A stretch of DNA of 64,000 bases from an uncultured Vicinamibacteraceae bacterium (GTDB lineage: Bacteria > Acidobacteriota > Vicinamibacteria > Vicinamibacterales > UBA8438), in NCBI GenBank assembly GCA_964550305.1, contig CAZJYU010000002.1:61620-125619 (forward strand). Reading direction: 5' to 3'. The position numbers and the translations under genes are program-made. Below the pieces are notes generated by a model that was given only the letters and a program-made list of their open reading frames with translations, had not been told where the DNA came from and did no database searches. Positions 19,845 through 29,693 of the stretch are shown here, piece after piece. The number at the start of each line of letters is the position of its first letter. Positions within the stretch are counted from its first letter, which is position 1.

Positions 19845-21173
19845 TCAGGCGTGGGCGCGCGTGGCGGCCTCACTGGTCACCGGATCGGCGGAGACCAGGG
19901 TCGCCAACTGCGCGGCAATGATAGCGGCTGCCGACTGCACTGCCGCGTTCGTCTCCCATCCGTCATTCAGTTCCAGCGACAAGACGCCGGCGCAACGATC
20001 AGGAGACACAAGCGGCGCAGCGATTGCTCCGCGTGTGCCGCCGTTAGCTGTGGACGGAACGACATGCATCCGGGCATCACGCCACGCGGCTGCGGTCGCG
20101 TTGTCACCATTGCAGGGCAGGCGGCCAATCCTGGCGAGCGTCTTCGAGGCGTAGCCATGGCTGATCGCGGGCCGAAGGGCCGCGCCGGTGTTGTCAAGCA
20201 CCCAGAGAACCACGCCGGCAGCATTCAATGTTTGTGCCGACCGTGCCAACAGCGACGGCAAATCGGCCGCACTCGTCGAACGCACCAGGTCGGTGCAGAG
20301 GTCGGCGGTAAGCTGGAGATCGGGAAGCACTACCGGAGAAACGTCTTCGGTGGGTGCGCTGCCGCGCTCCACGGGGGGACGCTCGGCGGGAAGATACCCG
20401 CTCAGACCAAGAACTCCCGCCTGTTCTGCATCCGCCGCGGCCCCGCCGGATCCGGCGTCGGAGTCCTCGAGGCTTGTGGCGGCGCTCGTCGCCGACGAAC
20501 TCGTCGCGTCGGTCGCCGCGTCGACATCCGTGTCGGCCGGTTCGGAAACAACCGACTCGGCATCGGTGTTCTCGCGGGGGGTCCGCACCGGCGGCAACAG
20601 CAGCAGGGCGACGGACAGACTAGCGCCGGTTGCCGCCATCAGCGCGAGCCCCTGCGACTCCCGATCGGCTGCAACCGACGCGTCGCGCGCCACCTGCTCG
20701 GCTGCCTGTGCCGCCTCGACGTGACCCACCGCCTGACGAGTCAACTCCAACGCGTCGCCGTAGAGCAGGTCGGAGGCGAGCAGCAACCGGTCGCCCGTCA
20801 TGTGCCCCCGGATGCGCGCGTCCATTTCCCGGAACGAGTCTAGTGTGGCCGCCGCTGCGTCGAGTGCCTCGGCCGCCGAGGGCGCCGTCGACGCTCGCGA
20901 CAGCGAGGCGAGTTGGCTCGCGGCTGCTTCAAGCCGGCGCCTGACGGCCGCCATCCAGTAGTAGCGATCCTGACCCGTTCCGACGTAGGCCTGCTGTGCC
21001 GCGTGGAGATCGATCAGCGACAGCGCCAGCGTCCATGCGTCCGTTGCGAACGCACGTTCCCCAGCCTGCTCCACGCTGATGCGCTGTTGAGAGAGAAGGA
21101 TGTGGTTGCCGGATGCGACAATGCCGCCAAGCATGACAATGACAAGGCCCACGCGGAACCACACCCGACGCAT
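19845..21173 (-). CDS. Membrane sensor-like protein with C-terminal GAF domain, no recognisable output domain
   Basis: N-terminal TM (VGLVIVMLGGIVA), a helical extracytoplasmic-like region and a second TM (LALMAATGASLSVALLLL). An acidic/Ser-rich linker follows, then a GAF-like C-terminus (AAGVVLWVLD...GVLSLELNDGW). Confidence 0.65.
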   Translation of the reverse strand: MRRVWFRVGLVIVMLGGIVASGNHILLSQQRISVEQAGERAFATDAWTLALSLIDLHAAQQAYVGTGQDRYYWMAAVRRRLEAAASQLASLSRASTAPSAAEALDAAAATLDSFREMDARIRGHMTGDRLLLASDLLYGDALELTRQAVGHVEAAQAAEQVARDASVAADRESQGLALMAATGASLSVALLLLPPVRTPRENTDAESVVSEPADTDVDAATDATSSSATSAATSLEDSDAGSGGAAADAEQAGVLGLSGYLPAERPPVERGSAPTEDVSPVVLPDLQLTADLCTDLVRSTSAADLPSLLARSAQTLNAAGVVLWVLDNTGAALRPAISHGYASKTLARIGRLPCNGDNATAAAWRDARMHVVPSTANGGTRGAIAAPLVSPDRCAGVLSLELNDGWETNAAVQSAAAIIAAQLATLVSADPVTSEAATRAHA

Positions 21174-21301
21174 CTAAAGTGCGTATCATACCAGAAGTGG
21201 AACATCTTGTGGTGGTGTGGCCCGGGAGATAGCAGATGCTGCGGTGGAATTACGGGAACTGCCGGATCTGCCTATAGCACTCAAGCCATCCGTTTTCGCG
21301 C

Positions 21302-22225
21302 ATGCAGGCGGGGATCATCATCAATCCGGTGGCGGGGCGGCACAGCGTACGCCGGGTCGACGCCCATCGGCGACAGGCGGAAGCCGCCCTCTCGCAGTTC
21401 GCGATCGACGGGGTGGTCCGGTTGACCGAGCAGCCAGGCAGCGCCCGGGTGATTGCCCGCACGATGCTTGCCGCCGGAGCCACCACGGTCGTTGCCTGGG
21501 GAGGTGACGGCACGATCAACGAGGTCGCCGCGGAAGTCGTGGCGGCGGAGGCGGCACTGGGGGTGGTACGCGGTGGATCGGGTAACGGATTCGCGGACGG
21601 CATGGGTCTGGAGCGGCGTCCGGTGGACGCCCTCCGCACCGCCCTCACCGGAACGGAACGGCGGATCGACACTGGTGTCATCGACGGAAGACGCTTTGTC
21701 AACCTTGCCGGCATTGGCTTCGACGCTCATCTCGCCGGCGTCTTCAACAACCTGACGACGCGTGGACCGACCGCCTATTTCCGGGCCGGCCTGCGCGAGC
21801 TCCTTACGTACCGACCGGTGCGCTACACGGTACGGACGGCCGGCACGACGATCGAAGCGTCTGCACACATGCTGGCCATCGCCAACTGTCCGACCTACGG
21901 AGCGGGGATGATGATCGCCCCGGGCGCACGGGCGGACGACGGCTTGCTGGATCTGGTCGTCGTACCAGAGCGGTCGCTCCCCTGGATCCTATGGCATGTG
22001 CCCTACTTGTTTGCCGGCCGGGCCGACCGAGTGCCAGGCATGGGGCGCCGACCGGTATCCACCCTGGTGGTCACGGGAGACGGCCCGCTCGTGTTTCACG
22101 TTGACGGCGAGGTGCACACGGCCGCTGCCGAGGCCGTTGAGGTGCGCGTCAGTCCGTCGTCGCTGCGGCTGCGGGTGCCGGCGCCGCTTGCTGCAATGCC
22201 TGTGGAGGTTCCAGGCCAGGTCTGA
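21302..22225 (+). CDS. Diacylglycerol kinase-family lipid kinase (YegS/BmrU-like)
   Basis: IIINPVAGR, the GGDGTINEV motif and GSGNGFA. Confidence 0.88.
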   Translation: MQAGIIINPVAGRHSVRRVDAHRRQAEAALSQFAIDGVVRLTEQPGSARVIARTMLAAGATTVVAWGGDGTINEVAAEVVAAEAALGVVRGGSGNGFADGMGLERRPVDALRTALTGTERRIDTGVIDGRRFVNLAGIGFDAHLAGVFNNLTTRGPTAYFRAGLRELLTYRPVRYTVRTAGTTIEASAHMLAIANCPTYGAGMMIAPGARADDGLLDLVVVPERSLPWILWHVPYLFAGRADRVPGMGRRPVSTLVVTGDGPLVFHVDGEVHTAAAEAVEVRVSPSSLRLRVPAPLAAMPVEVPGQV

Positions 22226-24017
22226 GGATCGCATAGGCGGGCAGCCCGATCGCCTCGAGCCGTTCCATCACCTCGCGCGCCGGCGAGGCATTCAGATCTT
22301 CCGCCTGAAACTTCACCTTGACGTAGCCCTCCAGTGCGTTCTGGACACCCTCGGCCTTGAGCGTGGTGCTGTCCATCGTCAGGCAGTTCTTGCACCAGGT
22401 GGCCCAGATGTCGAGCAGGACCGGCTTGCCTTCCGCTTCCGCCGCCACCAGGCCGAGGTCGAGCGAGGGGTACCACCCCTCGGCAATCAGCTCCTGCACG
22501 CTCTCGGCGACGAGATCCGGATCGACCCAGCGCTGGCTGAACAACCCGTACGACAGGTAGCCGTAATAGATCGCCGTTCCCAGGATGAAGACTCCGAACG
22601 CCTGCTTGACACGCACCATCCACGGGCCGGGCTTCGGCAGCGCCGTCAGCCCGGCGCCGGCGATCGGCCAGGGGATCGCCATGCCCACTCCGAGGACAAA
22701 GGGCAGCGCGAGGGCCAGAGTGACGCCCGTGCCGTACAGGTTGCTCGAGAAGACAATCACTTGAATGACGACCGGCGCGACGCAAGCGCCGGCGAGCAGC
22801 GCGGCGATCGCACCCATGCCGAAGGCCAGCAGGAACGTTCCCCGCCCTGAGCCTCCGCCGGGCAGGCGGCTCTGCAGGCTGGAGAAGTCGATGGTCAGGA
22901 CGTCGAACATTGCCAGCCCCAGCACCACAAACAGCAGCGCGATGCCGAGGTTGAACCAGGGCGAAGCGTTGATGGTGCCGAAGGTCCCCGCGGTGAGGAT
23001 CACGGCCAGCCCGAGACCGCCGTAGACCACCGCCATCGCCGTGCCGTACGCGCTTCCGAGAGCGAAGCCGCGCCAGCGCGACGAGGCACGGGCGCCGGCA
23101 CCGATGATCGCCAGGTTGATCGGGATCATCGGCAGGACGCACGGCGTCAGATTGAGCGCCAGCCCGCCCACCAGGATCAGCGCCAGAATCGCGAGCGGGC
23201 CGCGGCCCTCGAACCATCCCGCTTCCGCTTCGCCGGTCTCGGAGCGGCGTATGAACTCGAGGAACTGCTCCTCGTCAAGGTACCCGCCGGCCGTGGCGAG
23301 CAGGTCGAACCGGCCGAATCGGGCGAGCGCCGCTGCCCCGTCCGGCGGCGGGGCGCCATCCGCCACGGTGGGTGCAGTTGCTGCGGGAGGTGCTGGGACG
23401 GTCGGCGGATCGGTGAAGCGCATGTCCGCAAACAACGCCGCCTGTGCGGTCGGCGCGGGCGTGGCGTCAGCCGGGGCGACGCGCACCGGAAGGGTCACCG
23501 CGGCCGTAGCCGGGATGTAGCACATACGCTCGTCGCATGCCTGATAGCGCAGGGTGCCGGGAACGACGTAGTCACCCGGCGGAAGGTCGGCATCGAGCGC
23601 GAACGCGGCGCCGATGACGAACTGCTCCTCGAAGACCGCAAGTGGGTTTTCCGCCCCCTGTTGCTCCAGCAGAATCGGTTCCGGCCATGCGAGGCCGTCG
23701 AGCGTGATCCCTGCCGGAGGGTCAAGTGTCAGGACCGTCGGGATCAGGAAGTCCTCGAGCGGCGCCTCGGAGTTGACGTGGAGACCGCGGCCGGAGGGCG
23801 TAAGGCGTGCATCGAGCGCGGAGCGGTGGGTCGAACCGGCCAGCGCGACGTCGGTCTCGCTCACGGCTGCCAGTTCGATACCGATCGGCACCGGTTGTGC
23901 GGCGACCGGCCTCGGGGCCGCCGCAGTGAACGCAGCCACCCCGGTGGCGAGCACCGATATCGCTCTCGCGCGCCGCCAACCACGCGATGTGAGCCCCATC
24001 AATCCTGCCCGGATCAT
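22149..24017 (-). CDS. Thiol:disulfide interchange protein, DsbD-like
   Basis: N-terminal periplasmic domain with YQACDERMCY, a central DsbD transmembrane core (LTPCVLPMIPINLAII) and a C-terminal thioredoxin domain (DIWATWCKNC). The start is uncertain: ATG 24017 is given, and the track start GTG 24110 is the maximal ORF. Confidence 0.85.
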   Translation of the reverse strand: MIRAGLMGLTSRGWRRARAISVLATGVAAFTAAAPRPVAAQPVPIGIELAAVSETDVALAGSTHRSALDARLTPSGRGLHVNSEAPLEDFLIPTVLTLDPPAGITLDGLAWPEPILLEQQGAENPLAVFEEQFVIGAAFALDADLPPGDYVVPGTLRYQACDERMCYIPATAAVTLPVRVAPADATPAPTAQAALFADMRFTDPPTVPAPPAATAPTVADGAPPPDGAAALARFGRFDLLATAGGYLDEEQFLEFIRRSETGEAEAGWFEGRGPLAILALILVGGLALNLTPCVLPMIPINLAIIGAGARASSRWRGFALGSAYGTAMAVVYGGLGLAVILTAGTFGTINASPWFNLGIALLFVVLGLAMFDVLTIDFSSLQSRLPGGGSGRGTFLLAFGMGAIAALLAGACVAPVVIQVIVFSSNLYGTGVTLALALPFVLGVGMAIPWPIAGAGLTALPKPGPWMVRVKQAFGVFILGTAIYYGYLSYGLFSQRWVDPDLVAESVQELIAEGWYPSLDLGLVAAEAEGKPVLLDIWATWCKNCLTMDSTTLKAEGVQNALEGYVKVKFQAEDLNASPAREVMERLEAIGLPAYAILRPGLEPPQALQQAAPAPAAAATTD

Positions 24018-24113
24018 ATCAGCGCTACCTGCCCGTCGTGCGTGCGAAACACACCCCTCCGGTCCGGCGCCGGCCTCGCGGGCGGGACGCCATCGGGGCT
24101 GCCGCCGCACCGA

Positions 24114-27026
24114 TCACTCGATCTCGGCGAGAGCCGCGCGATCCTGGTTGACCGCGACATCTCGCAGTTCGCCGCGCAGCGGCACCCGATGCTCCGTCAC
24201 TTCGCCCGCCACCAGAACCACGATTCGCTCGGCCGGCGCGCCCCGGTACCGTAGCGTGGCGGTGACCGGAAACTCGAACGGTGTGCCACGCTGAACGAAG
24301 CGCAGAACGGCCTCATCGGAGGCATCCCCGGCTCCGCGTTCGGTCCGGTAGCTGAACGTGACGTCCGGCAGGTCGGCGTCATGAATCCAGCGCTCGAAGA
24401 ACTGTGTCAGCGACCGCCCCGCAACCGCTTCGAATACCCGGATCAGATCGTCGGTCCCCGCCTTGCGGAAGCGCATTTCACGGTAGAACTGCCTCAGCCC
24501 TTCGAAGAACGTCGCATCGCCAACGGTACGCCGCAGCATGTGCAGCACCATGGCGCCCTTGTTGTAGACGACGGCGCGGAAAACCCGCGGTTCGTCCGTG
24601 ATCCGGCCGAGCCGGCGGCCAAGGTAAACCGGCCCCTGGTCGGAGTGCCGTAGGCTCCAGTCGCGCATCTGCTCGACGACGTCTTCAAATACCTGGGAAC
24701 CGTGGACATGTTCGGCGTAGAGCGCCGCGAAGTACTGCGCCAGCCCTTCGCTCAACCACTGCTCGTGATAGTTCTTCCAGCCAACCGCCTGTCCCCACCA
24801 CTGGTGCGCCACTTCGTGGGCCAGAAAGAACGCGGGATAGTTGCTGAACGCGACCGGGTCAGCCTGCCAACGCAGCTCGTTGCGGGCCGGCTGAGGCAGC
24901 GCCTGGTTCAGGATCGCGAAGTACGCCGGGCTATGGCCGCCCGGCAGAAGCGAGTCGGAAAGCAGGAGGGTAAAGGTCGGGTAAGGCAGGTCCCCGATCA
25001 GTGACGCATAAAACCGGAGGATGTCCTCCGCGTCGTCGTAGCGGTCGGCAACGCGGCTGAGCGTTCTGCGCGTCGATTCCACGGTCAGCAACACGCCGTC
25101 GTACGTCACGCCGGCGCGTCCCGGGGCATCCTCTGCTTCACTGTCGGCGAACGCAAGCGGAATCTCGCGGGGGCGGGTCTGGGCCTCGTCGCCCCTGCCC
25201 TCGGTCGGTGCAAAGGGACTGAGGATGACGGAGAGGTACCGGGCTGGCTGGAGCGTGACGAAGCGGTAGCTGCGAGGTTCGTCGGCGCCTTGGCCGATAT
25301 CGACCTGCGGGTTGGCCGCGTCGGGCGTCCCGCTCGCCACCAGACCGAAACCGGCCGGAGCCGTCAGGTCCATCGTGGCGGTCGCATAGTCGGACACGGT
25401 CGACTGCGGATACCAGTAACTCGAATTGCTGTAGATGTAGCGGTGAGCCGCCACCCCCCGGGGGTACGGCGTGTCCACGAGAGGGTTCCAGCGTCCGATC
25501 CAGTTCTCGTCCGGCTCCTGCGGTGGAAGCAGGCCGCGATAGTTGATGTCGAACACGAATTCCGTACCGGCGGGGTGGTTGTCGGTCGGCAGGCTCACCA
25601 CCAGGTTGTCCCGCCCTCGCATCCGGAGGTGCAGCAGGGGGCCAAAGTCCACCAGCGACACGGACAGGACCTCGAGGTCGTCAGACAGCCGGAACGTCAG
25701 CGTCGAACGGTTTGCCTCCTTCACCCGCACGGCAATGCGCGCGCGTCCCTCAATGACGCAGCCGCGCAGCCGCGTGCGGGCCCGGAGTGACTCGCGGATG
25801 ATCCCCTGCGGCTCGAAGGTCGCGGTGATCCGGTAGTCGAGCACGTCGTAGGCGACGTTGTCATCGTCGCTGTAGTAACGGCCCTGCACCGCCAGTTTCT
25901 CGGCCGATGGGTAGAGCGAGATGATCCGCTCGGGATCCCGCGTGTAGAGCGTCACGTCCTCTGGCTGGCCGGACGCCCGGGCGTAGGTGAGCGTGCCGTA
26001 CTCTTCGGTTACCACCTCAGCGATGAGGTCGTCCTGACTTGGCGTGAGCGACCATGTCCGCTCGGAGAGGTCGCCGAGGTCGACCGCGAACGACAACGCC
26101 ACGAACTCCTCGAACAGTGCCTCCGCGCGCTCGAAGTCCTCCTGGGAGACGGGGCGCTCGACCTGGGATGCGAGGGAGACATTCGACGCGAAGCTCCGCG
26201 GGTTCACGCGGACGTAGGCTGCGGACATCTCCGCTTCCAACGTCTCCCGGCCGCTGAGTAGCCGGACCTGCCCGCGCTCCGCCTCGGGTCCCGGCGTGAA
26301 GCTGAACACCCCGTCGCCCAGCACCACGAGCGCGGTCACCAGGCCCTCGGCCGTCTCGGCTACGAATGCCGAACCGGACGACATCCGGAGGTTCAGGTCC
26401 TCGCCAACGAGTACGAGATTCGCGGCGTCGTAGGCGACGCCCGGCTTCAGCGAAAGGCTGAGCAGGCCGTCAACCACATCCACCTGCTCCTGCCCAAGGA
26501 TTCGCCAGCCGACGGGTCGATCGGCGTCGCCGGTCGCCGGGCCGCCGCCGTCAGGCGGCCGGTTGTCCGGCGCTCCGCCAGCAGTGCGACGAGGCGTGGC
26601 GGGATCGGGAACTACGTCGATGTGCCAGGTGCGGAGTTCACCGGTGATACCCCGTTCGACAAAGACCTCGACCATCAACTCGTAGCGTTCCGAGGGGGTT
26701 TCCGTCCCCGCGGCGACGGCTGCGCCGGTCTCCGCGCTGTCGCCGGCCGGCCGGACGAACAGCGGCCGGGCAACGGCGGCATCAACACCCGCGCGAAACG
26801 TGCGGATCGCGAATGCCCGCGCCGCGGCCTGGTCGGCTCCGTCAGCCACCAGCGCCAGGTAGGCCTCGCTGTCCCCGCCACGGACGGCCGCCTCCAGCCT
26901 CTCGACGAGGGGTTCGAACTCAACGAGCTGCGGTGTCTGCGCCGACAGCGGGCTCGTCGCCGCCAGCCAGACGGCGATGGCGCAACCGGCGGTCGTTACC
27001 GGTCGGTGGGTGGGAGTCTGGGTCAT
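24114..27026 (-). CDS. M1-family zinc metallopeptidase (aminopeptidase N-like), secreted
   Basis: HEVAHQWWG followed by WLSEGLAQY (HExxH-18-E). N-terminal signal peptide. 970 aa. Confidence 0.88.
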   Translation of the reverse strand: MTQTPTHRPVTTAGCAIAVWLAATSPLSAQTPQLVEFEPLVERLEAAVRGGDSEAYLALVADGADQAAARAFAIRTFRAGVDAAVARPLFVRPAGDSAETGAAVAAGTETPSERYELMVEVFVERGITGELRTWHIDVVPDPATPRRTAGGAPDNRPPDGGGPATGDADRPVGWRILGQEQVDVVDGLLSLSLKPGVAYDAANLVLVGEDLNLRMSSGSAFVAETAEGLVTALVVLGDGVFSFTPGPEAERGQVRLLSGRETLEAEMSAAYVRVNPRSFASNVSLASQVERPVSQEDFERAEALFEEFVALSFAVDLGDLSERTWSLTPSQDDLIAEVVTEEYGTLTYARASGQPEDVTLYTRDPERIISLYPSAEKLAVQGRYYSDDDNVAYDVLDYRITATFEPQGIIRESLRARTRLRGCVIEGRARIAVRVKEANRSTLTFRLSDDLEVLSVSLVDFGPLLHLRMRGRDNLVVSLPTDNHPAGTEFVFDINYRGLLPPQEPDENWIGRWNPLVDTPYPRGVAAHRYIYSNSSYWYPQSTVSDYATATMDLTAPAGFGLVASGTPDAANPQVDIGQGADEPRSYRFVTLQPARYLSVILSPFAPTEGRGDEAQTRPREIPLAFADSEAEDAPGRAGVTYDGVLLTVESTRRTLSRVADRYDDAEDILRFYASLIGDLPYPTFTLLLSDSLLPGGHSPAYFAILNQALPQPARNELRWQADPVAFSNYPAFFLAHEVAHQWWGQAVGWKNYHEQWLSEGLAQYFAALYAEHVHGSQVFEDVVEQMRDWSLRHSDQGPVYLGRRLGRITDEPRVFRAVVYNKGAMVLHMLRRTVGDATFFEGLRQFYREMRFRKAGTDDLIRVFEAVAGRSLTQFFERWIHDADLPDVTFSYRTERGAGDASDEAVLRFVQRGTPFEFPVTATLRYRGAPAERIVVLVAGEVTEHRVPLRGELRDVAVNQDRAALAEIE

Positions 27027-27029
27027 AGC

Positions 27030-28244
27030 CTACCTCGCCATGAACCGCGCGGTGAAGGATGCAATCGTATCGAAATAGCGGTGGAGGACCGCAGGCGGCG
27101 CCAGATAGACGATGCGGAAGTAGCCGGAGGTCGGATCGGTGCCGAATCCGGAGCCGTAGACGCACAGCACGCCGGTCTCCCGTAACAGGCCGAGGACGAA
27201 GTCGAGGTCGGTCCGCCCCGCGGGCAGCTCGACCTTCGGCATCGCGTAAAATGCTGCCGCTGGCGGTACGCACGAGATGCCCTCGATGGCGTTGAGGCGT
27301 TCCGCCGTCACCGCCGCCCGCTCGCGCAACGCGTGGAGGAACGCCCGCTGGTGCGACCGGTCACCGCTCAGTGCCGCCGCCACCGCGAACTGCATTGGGC
27401 CGACACTGCAGATCCGGCCGTCGGCCATGTCCTTGATCCCCTGCAGCACGCCGTCGAGGCGCGGGCTGCTGCCCACCGCCAACCAGCCCGCGCGCCATCC
27501 CGGCGCCAGGTAGGCCTTGGAAAGAGAGGAAAAGGAAATGATCGGCGCGTCCGGGTTGTACGAGCCGAGCGGCGGCACCGGACCGTCGTACGCGAGGTCG
27601 GTGTAGCCCTCGTCCGAGATCAGCACGAAATTGTGCCGCTCCGCCAGTTCAATCAGCGCGCGTCGGCACTCCGGGCCGTAAACGGCGCCGGTCGGGTTGT
27701 TCGGATCGATGACGACCAGCGCGCGGGTCCGCGGCGTGATCAGACGGGCGATGTGCTCCAGATCCGGCTGCCAACCGTTGGATGGATCGGTTCGGTAGTA
27801 GACGGCGCGCGCGCCCAGCTTGGCGAGAACGCCGGTGTACAGGGGGTAGGTGGGAATCGACACCATGACTTCGTCGCCCCGGTCCACCAGCACGCTGAGC
27901 GCCAGGTCGATTCCCTCCGACGCGCCGGCGGTCAGCACGACGCGTTCGGGCGACACCTTGAGGCCGCGGGCGCCGAAGTCGGCCGCCACGGCTTCGCGCG
28001 CTTCGAGCACGCCCGCCGCCGCCGTGTATCCATTGTGGCCGTCCCGCATCGCGCGCTCCACCGCCTGGATCAGATGGGGCGGGGTCTTGAACCCGAACAG
28101 CACCGGGTCGCCGATGTTGAGATACTCGATGTGTTGCCCGGCCGCCTCGACCTTGCGCGCCTCCGCGACAATGCTGCGGATCGCGTAGTCAAACGCCGCG
28201 CTGCGCTTCGCCACCGGTATGGTGGGCGGAGCCTGAACCACCAT
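27030..28244 (-). CDS. Pyridoxal phosphate-dependent aminotransferase, class I/II (alanine aminotransferase-like)
   Basis: IEYLNIGDP, NPNNPTG and FSSLSKAYLAPGWRAGW (PLP lysine). Confidence 0.9.
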   Translation of the reverse strand: MVVQAPPTIPVAKRSAAFDYAIRSIVAEARKVEAAGQHIEYLNIGDPVLFGFKTPPHLIQAVERAMRDGHNGYTAAAGVLEAREAVAADFGARGLKVSPERVVLTAGASEGIDLALSVLVDRGDEVMVSIPTYPLYTGVLAKLGARAVYYRTDPSNGWQPDLEHIARLITPRTRALVVIDPNNPTGAVYGPECRRALIELAERHNFVLISDEGYTDLAYDGPVPPLGSYNPDAPIISFSSLSKAYLAPGWRAGWLAVGSSPRLDGVLQGIKDMADGRICSVGPMQFAVAAALSGDRSHQRAFLHALRERAAVTAERLNAIEGISCVPPAAAFYAMPKVELPAGRTDLDFVLGLLRETGVLCVYGSGFGTDPTSGYFRIVYLAPPAVLHRYFDTIASFTARFMAR

Positions 28245-28288
28245 GTTCTGTTGATGATACTCCAGCCCCTGCGCTAAGCTCCGCCGGA

Positions 28289-28672
28289 ATGGCGGCGCGG
28301 ACCGAACTCTCCCTCCGACTTGCCAACAGCCCCGGTACGCTCCAGCGAGTCTGCCAGGTACTGGCCGACGCTCGAGTGCACATCGTCGCCCTTACGGTCG
28401 AGGCATCGGGCACCCTGCGGATCGTGACCGACAATCCGCTACGCGCCGCCGGCGCCCTTGAGGATGCGGATTACCGCCCGGCACAGCGGGACGTCCTGTT
28501 CCTGGAGCTCGCCAACACCCCCGGCGCGCTGGCGCAGGCGGCCCGGTTCGTCGCCAGCGCCGGTATCAATATCGAGTACCTCTACGCCACCATTCAGGAG
28601 GGCGAATCCAGAGCCGCCGTCATCGTCGGCGTAGAGGACCCGCGCCGGGCCGCCACCGCGATTGGCGCCTAG
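28289..28672 (+). CDS. ACT domain-containing protein
   Basis: Two short beta-alpha-beta-beta-alpha-beta-like repeats (LSLRLANSPGTLQRVCQVLA..., LFLELANTPGALAQAARFVA...). Small regulatory-domain-only protein. Confidence 0.7.
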   Translation: MAARTELSLRLANSPGTLQRVCQVLADARVHIVALTVEASGTLRIVTDNPLRAAGALEDADYRPAQRDVLFLELANTPGALAQAARFVASAGINIEYLYATIQEGESRAAVIVGVEDPRRAATAIGA

Positions 28673-28708
28673 ATCGTCTGGACGCTACGCCAGCCCGCGT
28701 AGACGCGG

Positions 28709-29671
28709 TCAGCGTGGGGTCCGCGGCAGCCCCACCAACTCCCTGCTGACCTGGTGGAGTCGCCGAGCGAGCCTATCGTCGTTGGCGTGCTCGTTCGGTG
28801 AGCGCAGGGGCCATCCGCCCTTTCGGCATTCCTTGTCCGCGTACAGGAGGCTGATCTGGCTGAAATATTCCCCGCTGTGCTGGGGCGCGCCATCGTCGAG
28901 CAGGCAATGCAGAGTAGTCTGTGCGCCGTCCTCGTTGCTGACCAGGGTCAGAGGCCGGCTGAAGGGTCGCAAGAGCACATTCTGAATCCAGGGCGGCATC
29001 ATCGCAGCAACCAGGTTGGATCGCACCCAACCCGGGTGAACGGAGAACACGGACACTCCGGCGCCCCTCACGCGCTGTGCCAGCTCCCTGGCGTGCAGCA
29101 CGTTGGCCAGTTTCGACTCCGCATAAGCCGCGAGCCCCCGGTAGGGACGGGCCTCGTAGTGCAGGTCCTCAAAGGCGAGTGTGACCCGCAGATTAGGCCG
29201 TCCAACGTGCACGACAGAGGAAAGCACGACTATGCGCGACGGCGCACTCGCGCACAACCGATCCAGCAGCAGCTCGGTCAGCAGGAAGTGGCCCAGATGA
29301 TTGACGCCGAACTGCAATTCGAAGTCGTCACTCGTCTTCCGAAGCCGGGGCGAAACGACGCCCGCGTTGTTGACGAGGCCGTCCACCTGGTGGTAGCGGT
29401 CAAGAAACCCCGCCGCGAACCGCCGCACCGAAGCCAGACTTGACAGGTCCAGCTCCATGACGTCGAAGGATCCCGCTGCGCGTGCCAGCGGCTTGGCCGC
29501 GCGGTGTGCGGCGTCACACCGGCGGCAAGCCATGACGACATGAGCACCCTGGCGCACAAGCTGGGTCGTGGTCGCCAGGCCGACTCCCGAGTTGGCCCCC
29601 GTGACGATGTAGACCCTCCCGGACAGATCCCTCTGCAGGAGCTCGGGATCACATCGCAGGATCCTGCTCAT
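28709..29671 (-). CDS. SDR-family oxidoreductase (retinol dehydrogenase-like)
   Basis: TGANSGVG cofactor motif, NNAG, and catalytic YAESK (YxxxK). Start set at ATG 29671, because track start 29719 would overlap the upstream gene by 26 nt. Confidence 0.85.
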   Translation of the reverse strand: MSRILRCDPELLQRDLSGRVYIVTGANSGVGLATTTQLVRQGAHVVMACRRCDAAHRAAKPLARAAGSFDVMELDLSSLASVRRFAAGFLDRYHQVDGLVNNAGVVSPRLRKTSDDFELQFGVNHLGHFLLTELLLDRLCASAPSRIVVLSSVVHVGRPNLRVTLAFEDLHYEARPYRGLAAYAESKLANVLHARELAQRVRGAGVSVFSVHPGWVRSNLVAAMMPPWIQNVLLRPFSRPLTLVSNEDGAQTTLHCLLDDGAPQHSGEYFSQISLLYADKECRKGGWPLRSPNEHANDDRLARRLHQVSRELVGLPRTPR

Positions 29672-29693
29672 CGCCTCGGGGGCTGCGTTCGCG

